Positions 51,466-59,415 of a DNA stretch of 64,000 nt are shown here, piece after piece (the stretch's first letter is position 1; every line of letters begins with the position of its first letter). The stretch comes from Elusimicrobiota bacterium. Its GTDB lineage: Bacteria > Elusimicrobiota > Elusimicrobia > UBA1565. Both the position numbers and the translations under genes were made by a program. Where the stretch lies: positions 2,379-66,378 of the forward strand of contig JBDREN010000049.1 in assembly GCA_043819795.1 (NCBI GenBank). The letters run 5' to 3'. A model generated the notes under the pieces. That model saw only the letters and a list, made by a program, of their open reading frames with translations, did not search any database and was not told the DNA's origin.

Positions 51466-52595
51466 AGAAGCCCGTCGCCATCCTTACGGACACGACGCTC
51501 TGCACCGGCTGCGAGGAATGCGTCGCGGCGTGCAAGAAGGAGAACGGCCTGGGCGAGGATCGCCGGTGGCGCTGGCAAAGCTCCGTGAGCGAGCTTTCCG
51601 CGTCGCGCTTCACCGCAATCATCCGTCGGCCCGGCAACCGCTACGTCCGCCAGCAGTGCCGGCACTGCGTGGACCCGGCGTGCGTGAGCGCCTGCATCGT
51701 GGGCGCGCTGCGGAAGACGGAAGAAGGCGCGGTGGTCTACGACCAGGATAAGTGCATCGGCTGCCGTTACTGCATGCTGGCCTGCCCCTACGGGATCCCG
51801 CGCTACGATTGGGAGAAGCCGATCCCGTACATCAGGAAGTGCACGCTCTGCTATGACAGGCTTGAGGAGGGAAAGGCCCCCGCCTGCGTGGAGGCCTGCC
51901 CCGAGAAGGCGACGATATTCGGCTCCCGCTCCGATATGCTGGCCGAGGCCCATCGGCGCCTGAAACGGCATCCCGGGAAGTACGTCCAGAAGGTCTACGG
52001 GGAACGCGAGGTGGGGGGGACGTCGGTCCTCTACATCTCGGACATACCCCTTGATTTCCTCGGCTGGCAGACCGATCCCGGCGAGCGGCCGCTGCCGGAC
52101 CTCACGTGGGCCGCCCAAAGGAAGATCCCGGCCGCGGCTCTGGGGGTGTTCGGGCTCATGGGCGGCACCTACTGGGTCATCGGCCGGAGGATGCAGGCCG
52201 CGGCGCGGGCGGGCCTGAAAGACGCGCCCCGGGAAGGGGACGCCCCGTCCGTGGGGCACGGGCATCCGGAGCAGGGAGGGGCCCTCTCCGGCCTGAAGAC
52301 GGCCCTGTGGATGCCTCTCGGCGTGGTGGCGGCCGTGACCATCGTGCGTTTCGCGCGGAATCTGGACGCGGCCGCGAGCCTCGGGGACGGAGCCCTCTGG
52401 ACCCTGTGGCTCGCCCTCGGCGTGGCGGGAGGCACCGGTCTCGGGGCGGGGATCCATTGGCTCGCCGCCCGCCGCAAGAAGGCGCCGGAGGAGGACGCGG
52501 AGCCCGAGGAAGGAACTCCCACCCCGCCCGTCCAGGCGTCGAAGACTTCCGTTCCCAAGCAGATCGCGGGCGACGGCGGCCCGAAGGAGCGATAG
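51462..52595 (+). CDS. Four-cluster 4Fe-4S ferredoxin subunit (HybA/HmcB/DsrO/NrfC-like) with C-terminal TM helices and no signal peptide
   Basis: ATGA overlap. CTGCEECVAAC, CRHCVDPACVSAC, CIGCRYCMLACP, CTLCYDR..CVEACP. The first Cys is residue 14 (MKKPVAILTDTTLC). Three hydrophobic segments lie after residue ~215. Confidence 0.85.
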   Translation: MKKPVAILTDTTLCTGCEECVAACKKENGLGEDRRWRWQSSVSELSASRFTAIIRRPGNRYVRQQCRHCVDPACVSACIVGALRKTEEGAVVYDQDKCIGCRYCMLACPYGIPRYDWEKPIPYIRKCTLCYDRLEEGKAPACVEACPEKATIFGSRSDMLAEAHRRLKRHPGKYVQKVYGEREVGGTSVLYISDIPLDFLGWQTDPGERPLPDLTWAAQRKIPAAALGVFGLMGGTYWVIGRRMQAAARAGLKDAPREGDAPSVGHGHPEQGGALSGLKTALWMPLGVVAAVTIVRFARNLDAAASLGDGALWTLWLALGVAGGTGLGAGIHWLAARRKKAPEEDAEPEEGTPTPPVQASKTSVPKQIAGDGGPKER

Positions 52596-52599
52596 GGCG

Positions 52600-54561
52600 A
52601 TGATGCCTCTGAGAAGAATCAAGAGCCTGCTCTGGTTCGTCCTGGGCGCGGGCATGGTGACCATCGCCGCGCGGCTGCTCACCGGGCTCGGCGCGGTCAC
52701 CAACCTGTCCCACAACGTTTCCTGGGGCCTGTGGAACGCGGTCAAGATCAGCATCGTGCCCCTCTCGGCCGGAGGGTTCGTTTTGGCTGCGATCGTCTAC
52801 GTCTTCCATATGGAGAGGTTCCGTCCCGTGCTCCGTTTGGCCATCCTTACGGGGTTTTTGGGCTACTCGACCTTCGCCACGATGCTCATGTTCGATATCG
52901 GGGTGCCCTACCGGATATGGCATCCCATGGTCTACTGGCAGCACCATTCCGTGCTCTTCGAAGTGGCGTGGTGCGTGATGCTGTATCTGACCGTGCTGGC
53001 CCTCGAGTTCTTGCCCAACGTGCTGGAGCATCCTCTGCTGAAGCACCCCCTGCTCCAGAAGGGATACAAGCTCCTGAAGAGCGCGACCGTACCCCTGGTG
53101 ACCGCGGGGATCGTGCTGTCCACGCTGCACCAGTCGTCGTTGGGCTCGCTGTTTTTGATCGTCCCCCACCGTCTCGATCCCTTATGGTACAGCCCGCTGA
53201 TACACGCGCTCTTCCTGGTCTCCGCCGTCGGGATGGGGCTTCTGGTGATCGCCGTGGAGGCGGTCCTGATCGAGCGTCTCTACGGCGTCAAGGCGCCGCT
53301 GGACGTCCTCGCCCCTTTGGCCCGCGCGGGCGCGGTGGTGATGGCCCTCTTCTTGGCCGTCAGGCTGGCCGACCAGGTCGCTCGCGGGGTGCTCCCGGGT
53401 GCTCTGAGCACATCTCCGATGGCGGCGGCATTCGTCCTTGAGACTCTGATCGCCTCGATCGTGCCGCTGCTGCTTCTGCGCAGGAGCGTCCGCGAGAGCC
53501 GCGGGGGCCTGTTCGCCTGCTCTCTTTCCGCGGTGCTGGGAGTCGTCTGGTACAGGTCGAACGTCGCCTTGCTGGCCATCGACTGGGGCGAGGCGGCCTA
53601 TTTCCCGGCGTGGACCGAGTTCGCCCTGTGCTTCGGCATACTGGCCGGGTCGGGCTTGGTGTTCTTCTTGCTGCTGGAGAACCTGGACATTTATTACGGG
53701 CCGGCCGCATCCGGCCGTGACCGCGAGCCGCAGGTGCCGGGGTTGGCGTTCGAGGCTTGGCTGGCGGACGCGAGGATCACCGCGGCCAGGCGCTATTCCC
53801 TGTTCATCGTGGCGGGCGCGGCGGCGGCCGTCTTGTTTCTCCCCGAGGGCACGGTGTTCGGAGCCAGGCCCGCGGACACGCCGGCGGCGCAGGCCCGGCG
53901 GGTCCGGGGCTTGTCGGTCCGGACCGGCGGCGGACGCGTCAGCACGCTGCGCCTCGGCGAGAGGCCGGTCCCCGCTAAGGGCCGAGTGAAGCGCCTGCCG
54001 CTTTACCTGATTGACGGCGACCGCGATGAGGACGCGGTCCTCTTCGATCACGCGGGCCATGTCAAGCGGGCGGGCGGCGAGAAGCGCTGCGGGGTGTGCC
54101 ATCACCTGAACATGCCGCTCGACGAGAACACCTCCTGCCATGAATGTCATCGCGACATGTACGAGCCCGCCTCCGTGTTCAGCCACGCATCGCATGTGCG
54201 CGAACTCGGGGGGAACGCGGGCTGCGTCAAGTGCCATGAGGATCCTCTCGTGGTGAAGGACCGCCGGACGGCCGTCGCTTGCGGGGAATGCCACTCCGAT
54301 TCGGCGGCAAAGGGCTCCTTCGTCGAGGCGCCGGGGCCGAGGTGGGGGGCCGCGCCGGGCTACGCGGACGCGATGCACGGCCTCTGCGAGAGTTGTCATA
54401 AGAAGAAGGCGAAAGAAGAGCCGGGCCGTTATCCCGCGGCGCTGGGGCGTTGCGCCGCCTGCCACGATACGGACCGCCCCATGGATATCCGTCGGATGGC
54501 GCCGCGAAGTGATAGAATGCGGGCCATGCGCGCCGAGGAACGCGGGCTCTCGGGCGGCTGA
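52600..54561 (+). CDS. NrfD/DsrP/HmcC-like quinone-interacting membrane subunit fused to a C-terminal hexahaem cytochrome c domain
   Basis: NrfD hallmark GLGAVTNLSHNVSWGLWNAVKISIV plus multiple TM helices, then an extra TM (RRYSLFIVAGAAAAVLFL). Six CxxCH motifs lie between 54088 and 54465 (CGVCH, CHECH, CVKCH, CGECH, CESCH, CAACH). Confidence 0.85.
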   Translation: MMPLRRIKSLLWFVLGAGMVTIAARLLTGLGAVTNLSHNVSWGLWNAVKISIVPLSAGGFVLAAIVYVFHMERFRPVLRLAILTGFLGYSTFATMLMFDIGVPYRIWHPMVYWQHHSVLFEVAWCVMLYLTVLALEFLPNVLEHPLLKHPLLQKGYKLLKSATVPLVTAGIVLSTLHQSSLGSLFLIVPHRLDPLWYSPLIHALFLVSAVGMGLLVIAVEAVLIERLYGVKAPLDVLAPLARAGAVVMALFLAVRLADQVARGVLPGALSTSPMAAAFVLETLIASIVPLLLLRRSVRESRGGLFACSLSAVLGVVWYRSNVALLAIDWGEAAYFPAWTEFALCFGILAGSGLVFFLLLENLDIYYGPAASGRDREPQVPGLAFEAWLADARITAARRYSLFIVAGAAAAVLFLPEGTVFGARPADTPAAQARRVRGLSVRTGGGRVSTLRLGERPVPAKGRVKRLPLYLIDGDRDEDAVLFDHAGHVKRAGGEKRCGVCHHLNMPLDENTSCHECHRDMYEPASVFSHASHVRELGGNAGCVKCHEDPLVVKDRRTAVACGECHSDSAAKGSFVEAPGPRWGAAPGYADAMHGLCESCHKKKAKEEPGRYPAALGRCAACHDTDRPMDIRRMAPRSDRMRAMRAEERGLSGG

Positions 54562-54565
54562 AACC

Positions 54566-55681
54566 ATGGCCCCCAAAGAGATAGAAAGCTGGCTTCGATC
54601 GAGCCTCTTTAACGAGGTCCCGGTGAGCATCTGCGTGATCGACCGGGGTTTCCGGATCATCGAGGCGAACCGGAGGTTCAGGGAGGAATACGGCCCCTGG
54701 AAGGACCGGGCGTGCCACGAGGTCTGCAAGGGTCTGGAGGAGCCCTGCGAGCGTTGCGGCGCGGTCAAGACCTTCTCGGACGGGCGCGTGCGCAACCGGG
54801 AGGAGACGGGAGCGGGCGGGAAGCACTACCTGGTGCACATGGTCCCCATCACCACCGACGGCGGGGATATCTCCTACGTCATCGAGACGTTCACGGATAT
54901 CACGCAGGTGAAGCAGCTGGAGGGCGAGAAGCGCGAAGCCGAGCGTCTGGCCGCCGTCGGCGAGACCGTGGCCGGCATCGCCCACGGCATGAAGAACGTG
55001 CTTACCGGGCTCGAAGGCGGCGTCTATGCCGTCAATACGGGCATCCAGCATGGCGACGACGAGAGGATCACCGAAGGCTGGGCCATGCTCGAGGAGAATA
55101 TCGCGCGCATCTCGGAGTTTGTCAAGGAGTTCCTGGCTTTCTCCAAGGGGCGCATCGCGCGGGTGGCCTTCGTGGACCCCAACGCCCCGGCGCGGGCGGT
55201 CTTTGAGCTCTTCCGGGAGAAGGCCGCGCAGGCGGGCATCGAGCTGAAGGCGGACCTGCAAGAGGGGATTCCTCCCGCGCCCCTGGACGAGCAGGGGATC
55301 CACGCCTGCCTGGCCAACCTCGTATCGAACGCCCTGGACGCCTGCTCCATGGGCGAGCAGCGGCGCGCGTGCGTGGTGACGATTCGCTCCCGGGAGCGCA
55401 GCGGGACGCTAGTGTACGAGGTTGCGGACAACGGCCGCGGGATGGACTACGAGATCAGTAGGAAAGTGTTTTCGAGGTTCTTCAGCACGAAGGGCTCGGA
55501 CCGGGGCACGGGTCTGGGGCTGCTCACCACTAAGAAGACCATCCACCAGCACGGCGGCCGGGTCTCGTTCAGCTCCGAGGAGAGCAGGGGCTCGGTGTTC
55601 CGCATCGAGCTTCCCCGGGAAAGACTGCCCAAGCCGGGCGGGAAGCCCGCCCAACGACAGGCCGCGGAAGGAGACGCCTGA
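54566..55681 (+). CDS. Cytoplasmic PAS sensor histidine kinase
   Basis: ATG 54566 (MAPKEIESWL..). PAS with a four-Cys cluster, H-box LAAVGETVAGIAHGMKNVL, N/G boxes LVSNALDA, DNGRGM, GTGLGL. Confidence 0.85.
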   Translation: MAPKEIESWLRSSLFNEVPVSICVIDRGFRIIEANRRFREEYGPWKDRACHEVCKGLEEPCERCGAVKTFSDGRVRNREETGAGGKHYLVHMVPITTDGGDISYVIETFTDITQVKQLEGEKREAERLAAVGETVAGIAHGMKNVLTGLEGGVYAVNTGIQHGDDERITEGWAMLEENIARISEFVKEFLAFSKGRIARVAFVDPNAPARAVFELFREKAAQAGIELKADLQEGIPPAPLDEQGIHACLANLVSNALDACSMGEQRRACVVTIRSRERSGTLVYEVADNGRGMDYEISRKVFSRFFSTKGSDRGTGLGLLTTKKTIHQHGGRVSFSSEESRGSVFRIELPRERLPKPGGKPAQRQAAEGDA

Positions 55682-56229
55682 TGGACAAAGAGAACGCCAA
55701 AGGACGCGCCGAGGATAAGACCGTACTCGTGGTCGATGACGAGCCGAACGTGCGCCGCCACCTGGCCCACATCCTAGAGGACGCCGGCTTCAAGGTCCTT
55801 ACGGCCTCCGATGGGGATGAGGCCCTGAAGACCATCCGGGAGCGGCGCCCGGACATCATCTCGCTCGACCTGGTCATGCCGCGCAAGAGCGGGCGCCGGC
55901 TGCTCTACGAGCTGAAGAAGGATAAGGAGCTCTCCCGCATCCCGGTGGTCATCGTCACCGCGCACGCCCAGGACGAGCTGGGCCAGAGCGACATGGAAGC
56001 CATCAGGGAGAGCATGATCATATCGGGCCCGGGCTTCTATCTGGAGAAGCCGGTTAGGCCCATGGACTACGTGCGCTGCATCCAGGAAGCCCTGGGCATC
56101 GAAGTGGCGGATCAAGCCGCGGACAAAGTCAGCCTCAAGGACGAGCTGAAGCGGCAGATGCAGGGGGCGGAGCCGCACGCGCTGCGCCGCGCCCTCGAGG
56201 CGTTGAGAAAGAAAGGCCCGCCGCGCTAG
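55681..56229 (+). CDS. Response regulator, receiver domain with short C-terminal extension (no recognised output domain)
   Basis: TGATG overlap with the kinase gene. VLVVDDEPNVR..DIISLDLVMPRKSG..VVIVTAH..LEKP. Confidence 0.85.
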   Translation: MDKENAKGRAEDKTVLVVDDEPNVRRHLAHILEDAGFKVLTASDGDEALKTIRERRPDIISLDLVMPRKSGRRLLYELKKDKELSRIPVVIVTAHAQDELGQSDMEAIRESMIISGPGFYLEKPVRPMDYVRCIQEALGIEVADQAADKVSLKDELKRQMQGAEPHALRRALEALRKKGPPR

Positions 56230-56248
56230 AGGGCCGAGGAGACCTGCG

Positions 56249-56602
56249 ATGGCGAAGAAGATCCTGATCGTCGAAGACGAGCCGCACGTCGTGAAGTATC
56301 TCGAGATGTTCCTCCACGACGCGGGCTTCCAGACGGTATCCGCGAGCGACGGTCAGACGGGTCTGGAGCTGGCCAAGCGCGAGAAGCCGGACCTGGTGAT
56401 CCTGGACCTTATGATGCCGAAGAAGACGGGGACGGACTTCTACCGGAAGCTCTCCAGGGACAAGGAGCTCGGCGATACCCCCGTCATCGTGGTCAGCGGT
56501 CTGGCCGGCCGAGATCTCGTCGTCAGGAAGCCTGCGGCGGTGTTCGACAAGCCCCCGGACCGCGAGGGGCTCATCGCCGCCATCAAGAAAGCCCTCCCGT
56601 AG
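56249..56602 (+). CDS. Single-domain response regulator (receiver only)
   Basis: KILIVEDEPHV..DLVILDLMMPKKTG..VIVVSG..FDKP. Confidence 0.85.
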   Translation: MAKKILIVEDEPHVVKYLEMFLHDAGFQTVSASDGQTGLELAKREKPDLVILDLMMPKKTGTDFYRKLSRDKELGDTPVIVVSGLAGRDLVVRKPAAVFDKPPDREGLIAAIKKALP

Positions 56603-56651
56603 AGCCCCGGCTTCTGGAGCTTGCCCGGAGCAGGTATCCGGGCGACCGCCC

Positions 56652-56676
56652 CGGCAGGAACGTTGCGTGCTATAAT
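56652..56676 (+). promoter_or_regulatory. Promoter of the hydrogenase operon: sigma-54-like -24/-12 (GG-N10-GC) overlapping an extended -10 TGCTATAAT
   Basis: CGGCAGGAACGTTGCG (56652-56667) and AGGAACGTTGCGTGCT (56656-56671) both fit GG-N10-GC. TGCTATAAT at 56668-56676. 33 nt upstream of ATG 56709. Confidence 0.45.
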
Positions 56677-56708
56677 CCTGTGAGAACGCGGCGCCGGGGG
56701 GAAGTCCG

Positions 56709-57752
56709 ATGCTGTACAAGGTGATCACGAAGGCCGAGTTTCGGAAGTTCGTCGACGGCCTGATCCAGGACAACCAGACTATAGGCCCCAAGCGGGTCGC
56801 CACGGACGCGAAAGGCAAGCCCGTCTACCAGTTTGTCGAGGTCCGCTCCTTCGACGAGTTGGACCTCGACTACACGATCACCTACTCCTCGGTGAAGAAT
56901 TTCTTCCACCCCTTCCGCGAGGAGCTGTCTCGTTTCAAGCTGAAAGATGACGATTGGGAGCAGGAGATCGAATACCGCGTCAATCCGAGGGTCATCATCG
57001 GCGTGCGGCCGTGCGACATCAACGCCTTGGCGATCCTGGACAAGGTGTTCTTGAGCGGGAGATTCCCCTCGCCGTACTACATCGCCCGGCGCCGGAACAC
57101 CTTCCTGATCGGAATGGACCATCTGCCCCTGGATGACTGCTTCTGCGAGTCCCTGAACCGGCACGCCCCGCGCGAGGGGTTCAACCTCTACTGCTCGGAC
57201 ATCGGGGACAGATACTATCTCTCGATCCTTTCCTCAAAGGCCTTCAGCTTCCTCAAGAACGTGAGGACGAGCGAGCCCTCCAAGGCGGACAACAAAAGAT
57301 ACATCGAGAGAAGAAAGCTCATCAAACGGAGCTTCAAGACCAAGGTGGAGGTCTCGGGCCTGCCGAGCTTCCTGGACATCGAGTTCAAGTCCCCGATATG
57401 GGATAAATGGGGGGACAAGTGCCTGAACTGCGGGACATGCGCCATGGTCTGCCCCACGTGCTACTGCTACGGGGTGGAGCAGTCCGTGGACGTGGACCTG
57501 AAGACCGCCCGCAAGGAGCGCATGCTGTACTCCTGCAACGTCGTGGATTTCGCGGAGGTGGCCGGAGGGCACAACTTCAGGCCGAAGAAGGCGGACAGGC
57601 TGAAGTACCGGTTCTATCACCATTACAGGGGTTTCGAGGAGAACGCCGACGAGCAGATCTGCGTTGGCTGCAACCGGTGCGGCAGGGCCTGCCTGGCGGG
57701 GATCAACCCGAAGGACGTGATCAACGACTTGAGGCTGGAGACCGGAGAATGA
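56709..57752 (+). CDS. [NiFe] hydrogenase group 3b-type beta subunit (AsrA/HydB-like Fe-S protein)
   Basis: [37 protein letters not shown]. First gene of the beta-gamma-delta-alpha order known from sulfhydrogenases. Confidence 0.8.
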   Translation: MLYKVITKAEFRKFVDGLIQDNQTIGPKRVATDAKGKPVYQFVEVRSFDELDLDYTITYSSVKNFFHPFREELSRFKLKDDDWEQEIEYRVNPRVIIGVRPCDINALAILDKVFLSGRFPSPYYIARRRNTFLIGMDHLPLDDCFCESLNRHAPREGFNLYCSDIGDRYYLSILSSKAFSFLKNVRTSEPSKADNKRYIERRKLIKRSFKTKVEVSGLPSFLDIEFKSPIWDKWGDKCLNCGTCAMVCPTCYCYGVEQSVDVDLKTARKERMLYSCNVVDFAEVAGGHNFRPKKADRLKYRFYHHYRGFEENADEQICVGCNRCGRACLAGINPKDVINDLRLETGE

Positions 57753-58663
57753 AGGCGGGATTCAAAATACCCAGGCAGGACATCAATCTCGAGCCGTTCA
57801 TGACGGCGCCTCCCCAGTTCAACCGCAAGACCATCGTCATGCGCACGGACAAGGTCTACAAGTGCGAGCTCATCAACATCGTCGAGCTGACCTCCATGGA
57901 GAAGCTCTTCCATCTCAAGATCATCGACCCCCGCGAGAGGAAGCTGTTCTCCTTCCGGCCGGGACAGTTCGTGATGGTCCAGGTGCCCGGCTCCGGGGAG
58001 GTCCCGGTCTCCATATCGAGCTCGAGCAACAACCGGGAGTTCCTGGAGCTGTGCGTCCGCAGGGCGGGGCGCACCACCGGCATGCTGCACCGGGCCCGGA
58101 TCGGCGCGAAGGTGGGGATCCGCGGGCCCTTCGGCTCGTCTTTCCCCATGGAGGAGATGGCTGGCCACAACGTCCTGCTGATCGCCGGAGGGCTCGGCCT
58201 GGCCCCCCTGCGCGCCCCCATCTGCTGGGTCAACGAGCGCCGGGACCAGTACGGCGACGTCCACATCCTCTACGGCGCCAAAGAGCCTTCCCAGATGCTC
58301 TTCACGTACGAATTCAAGGAATGGGAACGGGTGAACCACATCAATCTGCTGACCATCGTCGAGAAGGCGGACAAGGCCTGGAAGGGCGGGACGGGCCTCA
58401 TCACCGAGCTCTTCAGGGATTTCTCCATCAAGCCGCTCGACACCTACGCGATCGTGTGCGGGCCGCCCGTCATGTTCAAGTTCGTGTGCGGGCATCTGGA
58501 CTCCATCGGGGTTCCCATGAACCGCATGTTCGTCTCCCTGGAGCGGCGGATGCACTGCGGCATGGGCAAGTGCTGCCGGTGCATGGTGGGCTCGACGTTC
58601 ACCTGCGTGGAAGGCCCCGTGTTCGACTACTGGAGCGTCATGAATTTGAAGGAGGCGATTTGA
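57749..58663 (+). CDS. [NiFe] hydrogenase group 3b-type gamma subunit (FAD/NAD(P)-binding, 2Fe-2S; AsrB/HydG-like)
   Basis: ATGA overlap (57749-57752). [36 protein letters not shown]-terminal [10 protein letters not shown] cluster. Confidence 0.85.
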   Translation: MKAGFKIPRQDINLEPFMTAPPQFNRKTIVMRTDKVYKCELINIVELTSMEKLFHLKIIDPRERKLFSFRPGQFVMVQVPGSGEVPVSISSSSNNREFLELCVRRAGRTTGMLHRARIGAKVGIRGPFGSSFPMEEMAGHNVLLIAGGLGLAPLRAPICWVNERRDQYGDVHILYGAKEPSQMLFTYEFKEWERVNHINLLTIVEKADKAWKGGTGLITELFRDFSIKPLDTYAIVCGPPVMFKFVCGHLDSIGVPMNRMFVSLERRMHCGMGKCCRCMVGSTFTCVEGPVFDYWSVMNLKEAI

Positions 58664-59415
58664 GATACCTCGGCATCGAGCTCAAGAAGCCCAGGATCGC
58701 CGTCTTCGACTTCACCTGCTGCGAGGGCTGCGAGCTGCAGCTGGCGAACAAGGAGGAGACCCTGGTCGATTTCCTCTCCCTTGTCGAGGTCGTGAACTTC
58801 CGGGAGGTGTCCTCGGACAAGAGCGAGGACTACGAGATCGCCTTCGTGGAGGGGGCGGTCTCGAGGGAGGATGAGGTCGCTCGCCTGAAGAAGATCAGGG
58901 TGAACGCGAAGGTCCTCGTGGCTTTCGGCGCCTGCGCCTGCTTCGGCGGCGTGAACCAGATCAAGAACAAGTTCCCGCTCAAGTCGGTCGTCCGAGAGGT
59001 GTACGGCAGGCACCGCGTGGCCACGTCCAAGGTGCGGAAGATCAGCGAAGTGGTCAAAGTGGATCTCGAGATCCCGGGCTGTCCGGTCTCCAAGAAAGAG
59101 GTGGAAAGGATCGTCGTCGCTCTGGTCACGGGCGCGGGCATCAGCCTGCCGAAGTACCCCGTCTGCCTCGAGTGCAAGGCGAAGTGCAACGTCTGCGTCC
59201 TGGACCTCGGGCAGATCTGCCTGGGTCCGATCACGCGCGCGGGCTGCGATTCGCCCTGCCCATCCGGGGGGACCGCGTGCCTGGGCTGCAGGGGGCCGGC
59301 GCCCGAGGCCAATTACGAGTCGTTCCTGCGGATATTGAAAGACCGGGGCTTCAAGGCCCCGGAGATCAAGGAGAGGCTCGAGTTCTACGGCGCCTTCAAC
59401 GGGGTCATGAGATGA
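58660..59415 (+). CDS. [NiFe] hydrogenase small (delta) subunit, group 3 type
   Basis: TTG 58660 overlaps the gamma stop, with GAAGGAGG upstream. [28 protein letters not shown], and distal cluster cysteines [12 protein letters not shown]. Confidence 0.85.
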   Translation: MRYLGIELKKPRIAVFDFTCCEGCELQLANKEETLVDFLSLVEVVNFREVSSDKSEDYEIAFVEGAVSREDEVARLKKIRVNAKVLVAFGACACFGGVNQIKNKFPLKSVVREVYGRHRVATSKVRKISEVVKVDLEIPGCPVSKKEVERIVVALVTGAGISLPKYPVCLECKAKCNVCVLDLGQICLGPITRAGCDSPCPSGGTACLGCRGPAPEANYESFLRILKDRGFKAPEIKERLEFYGAFNGVMR

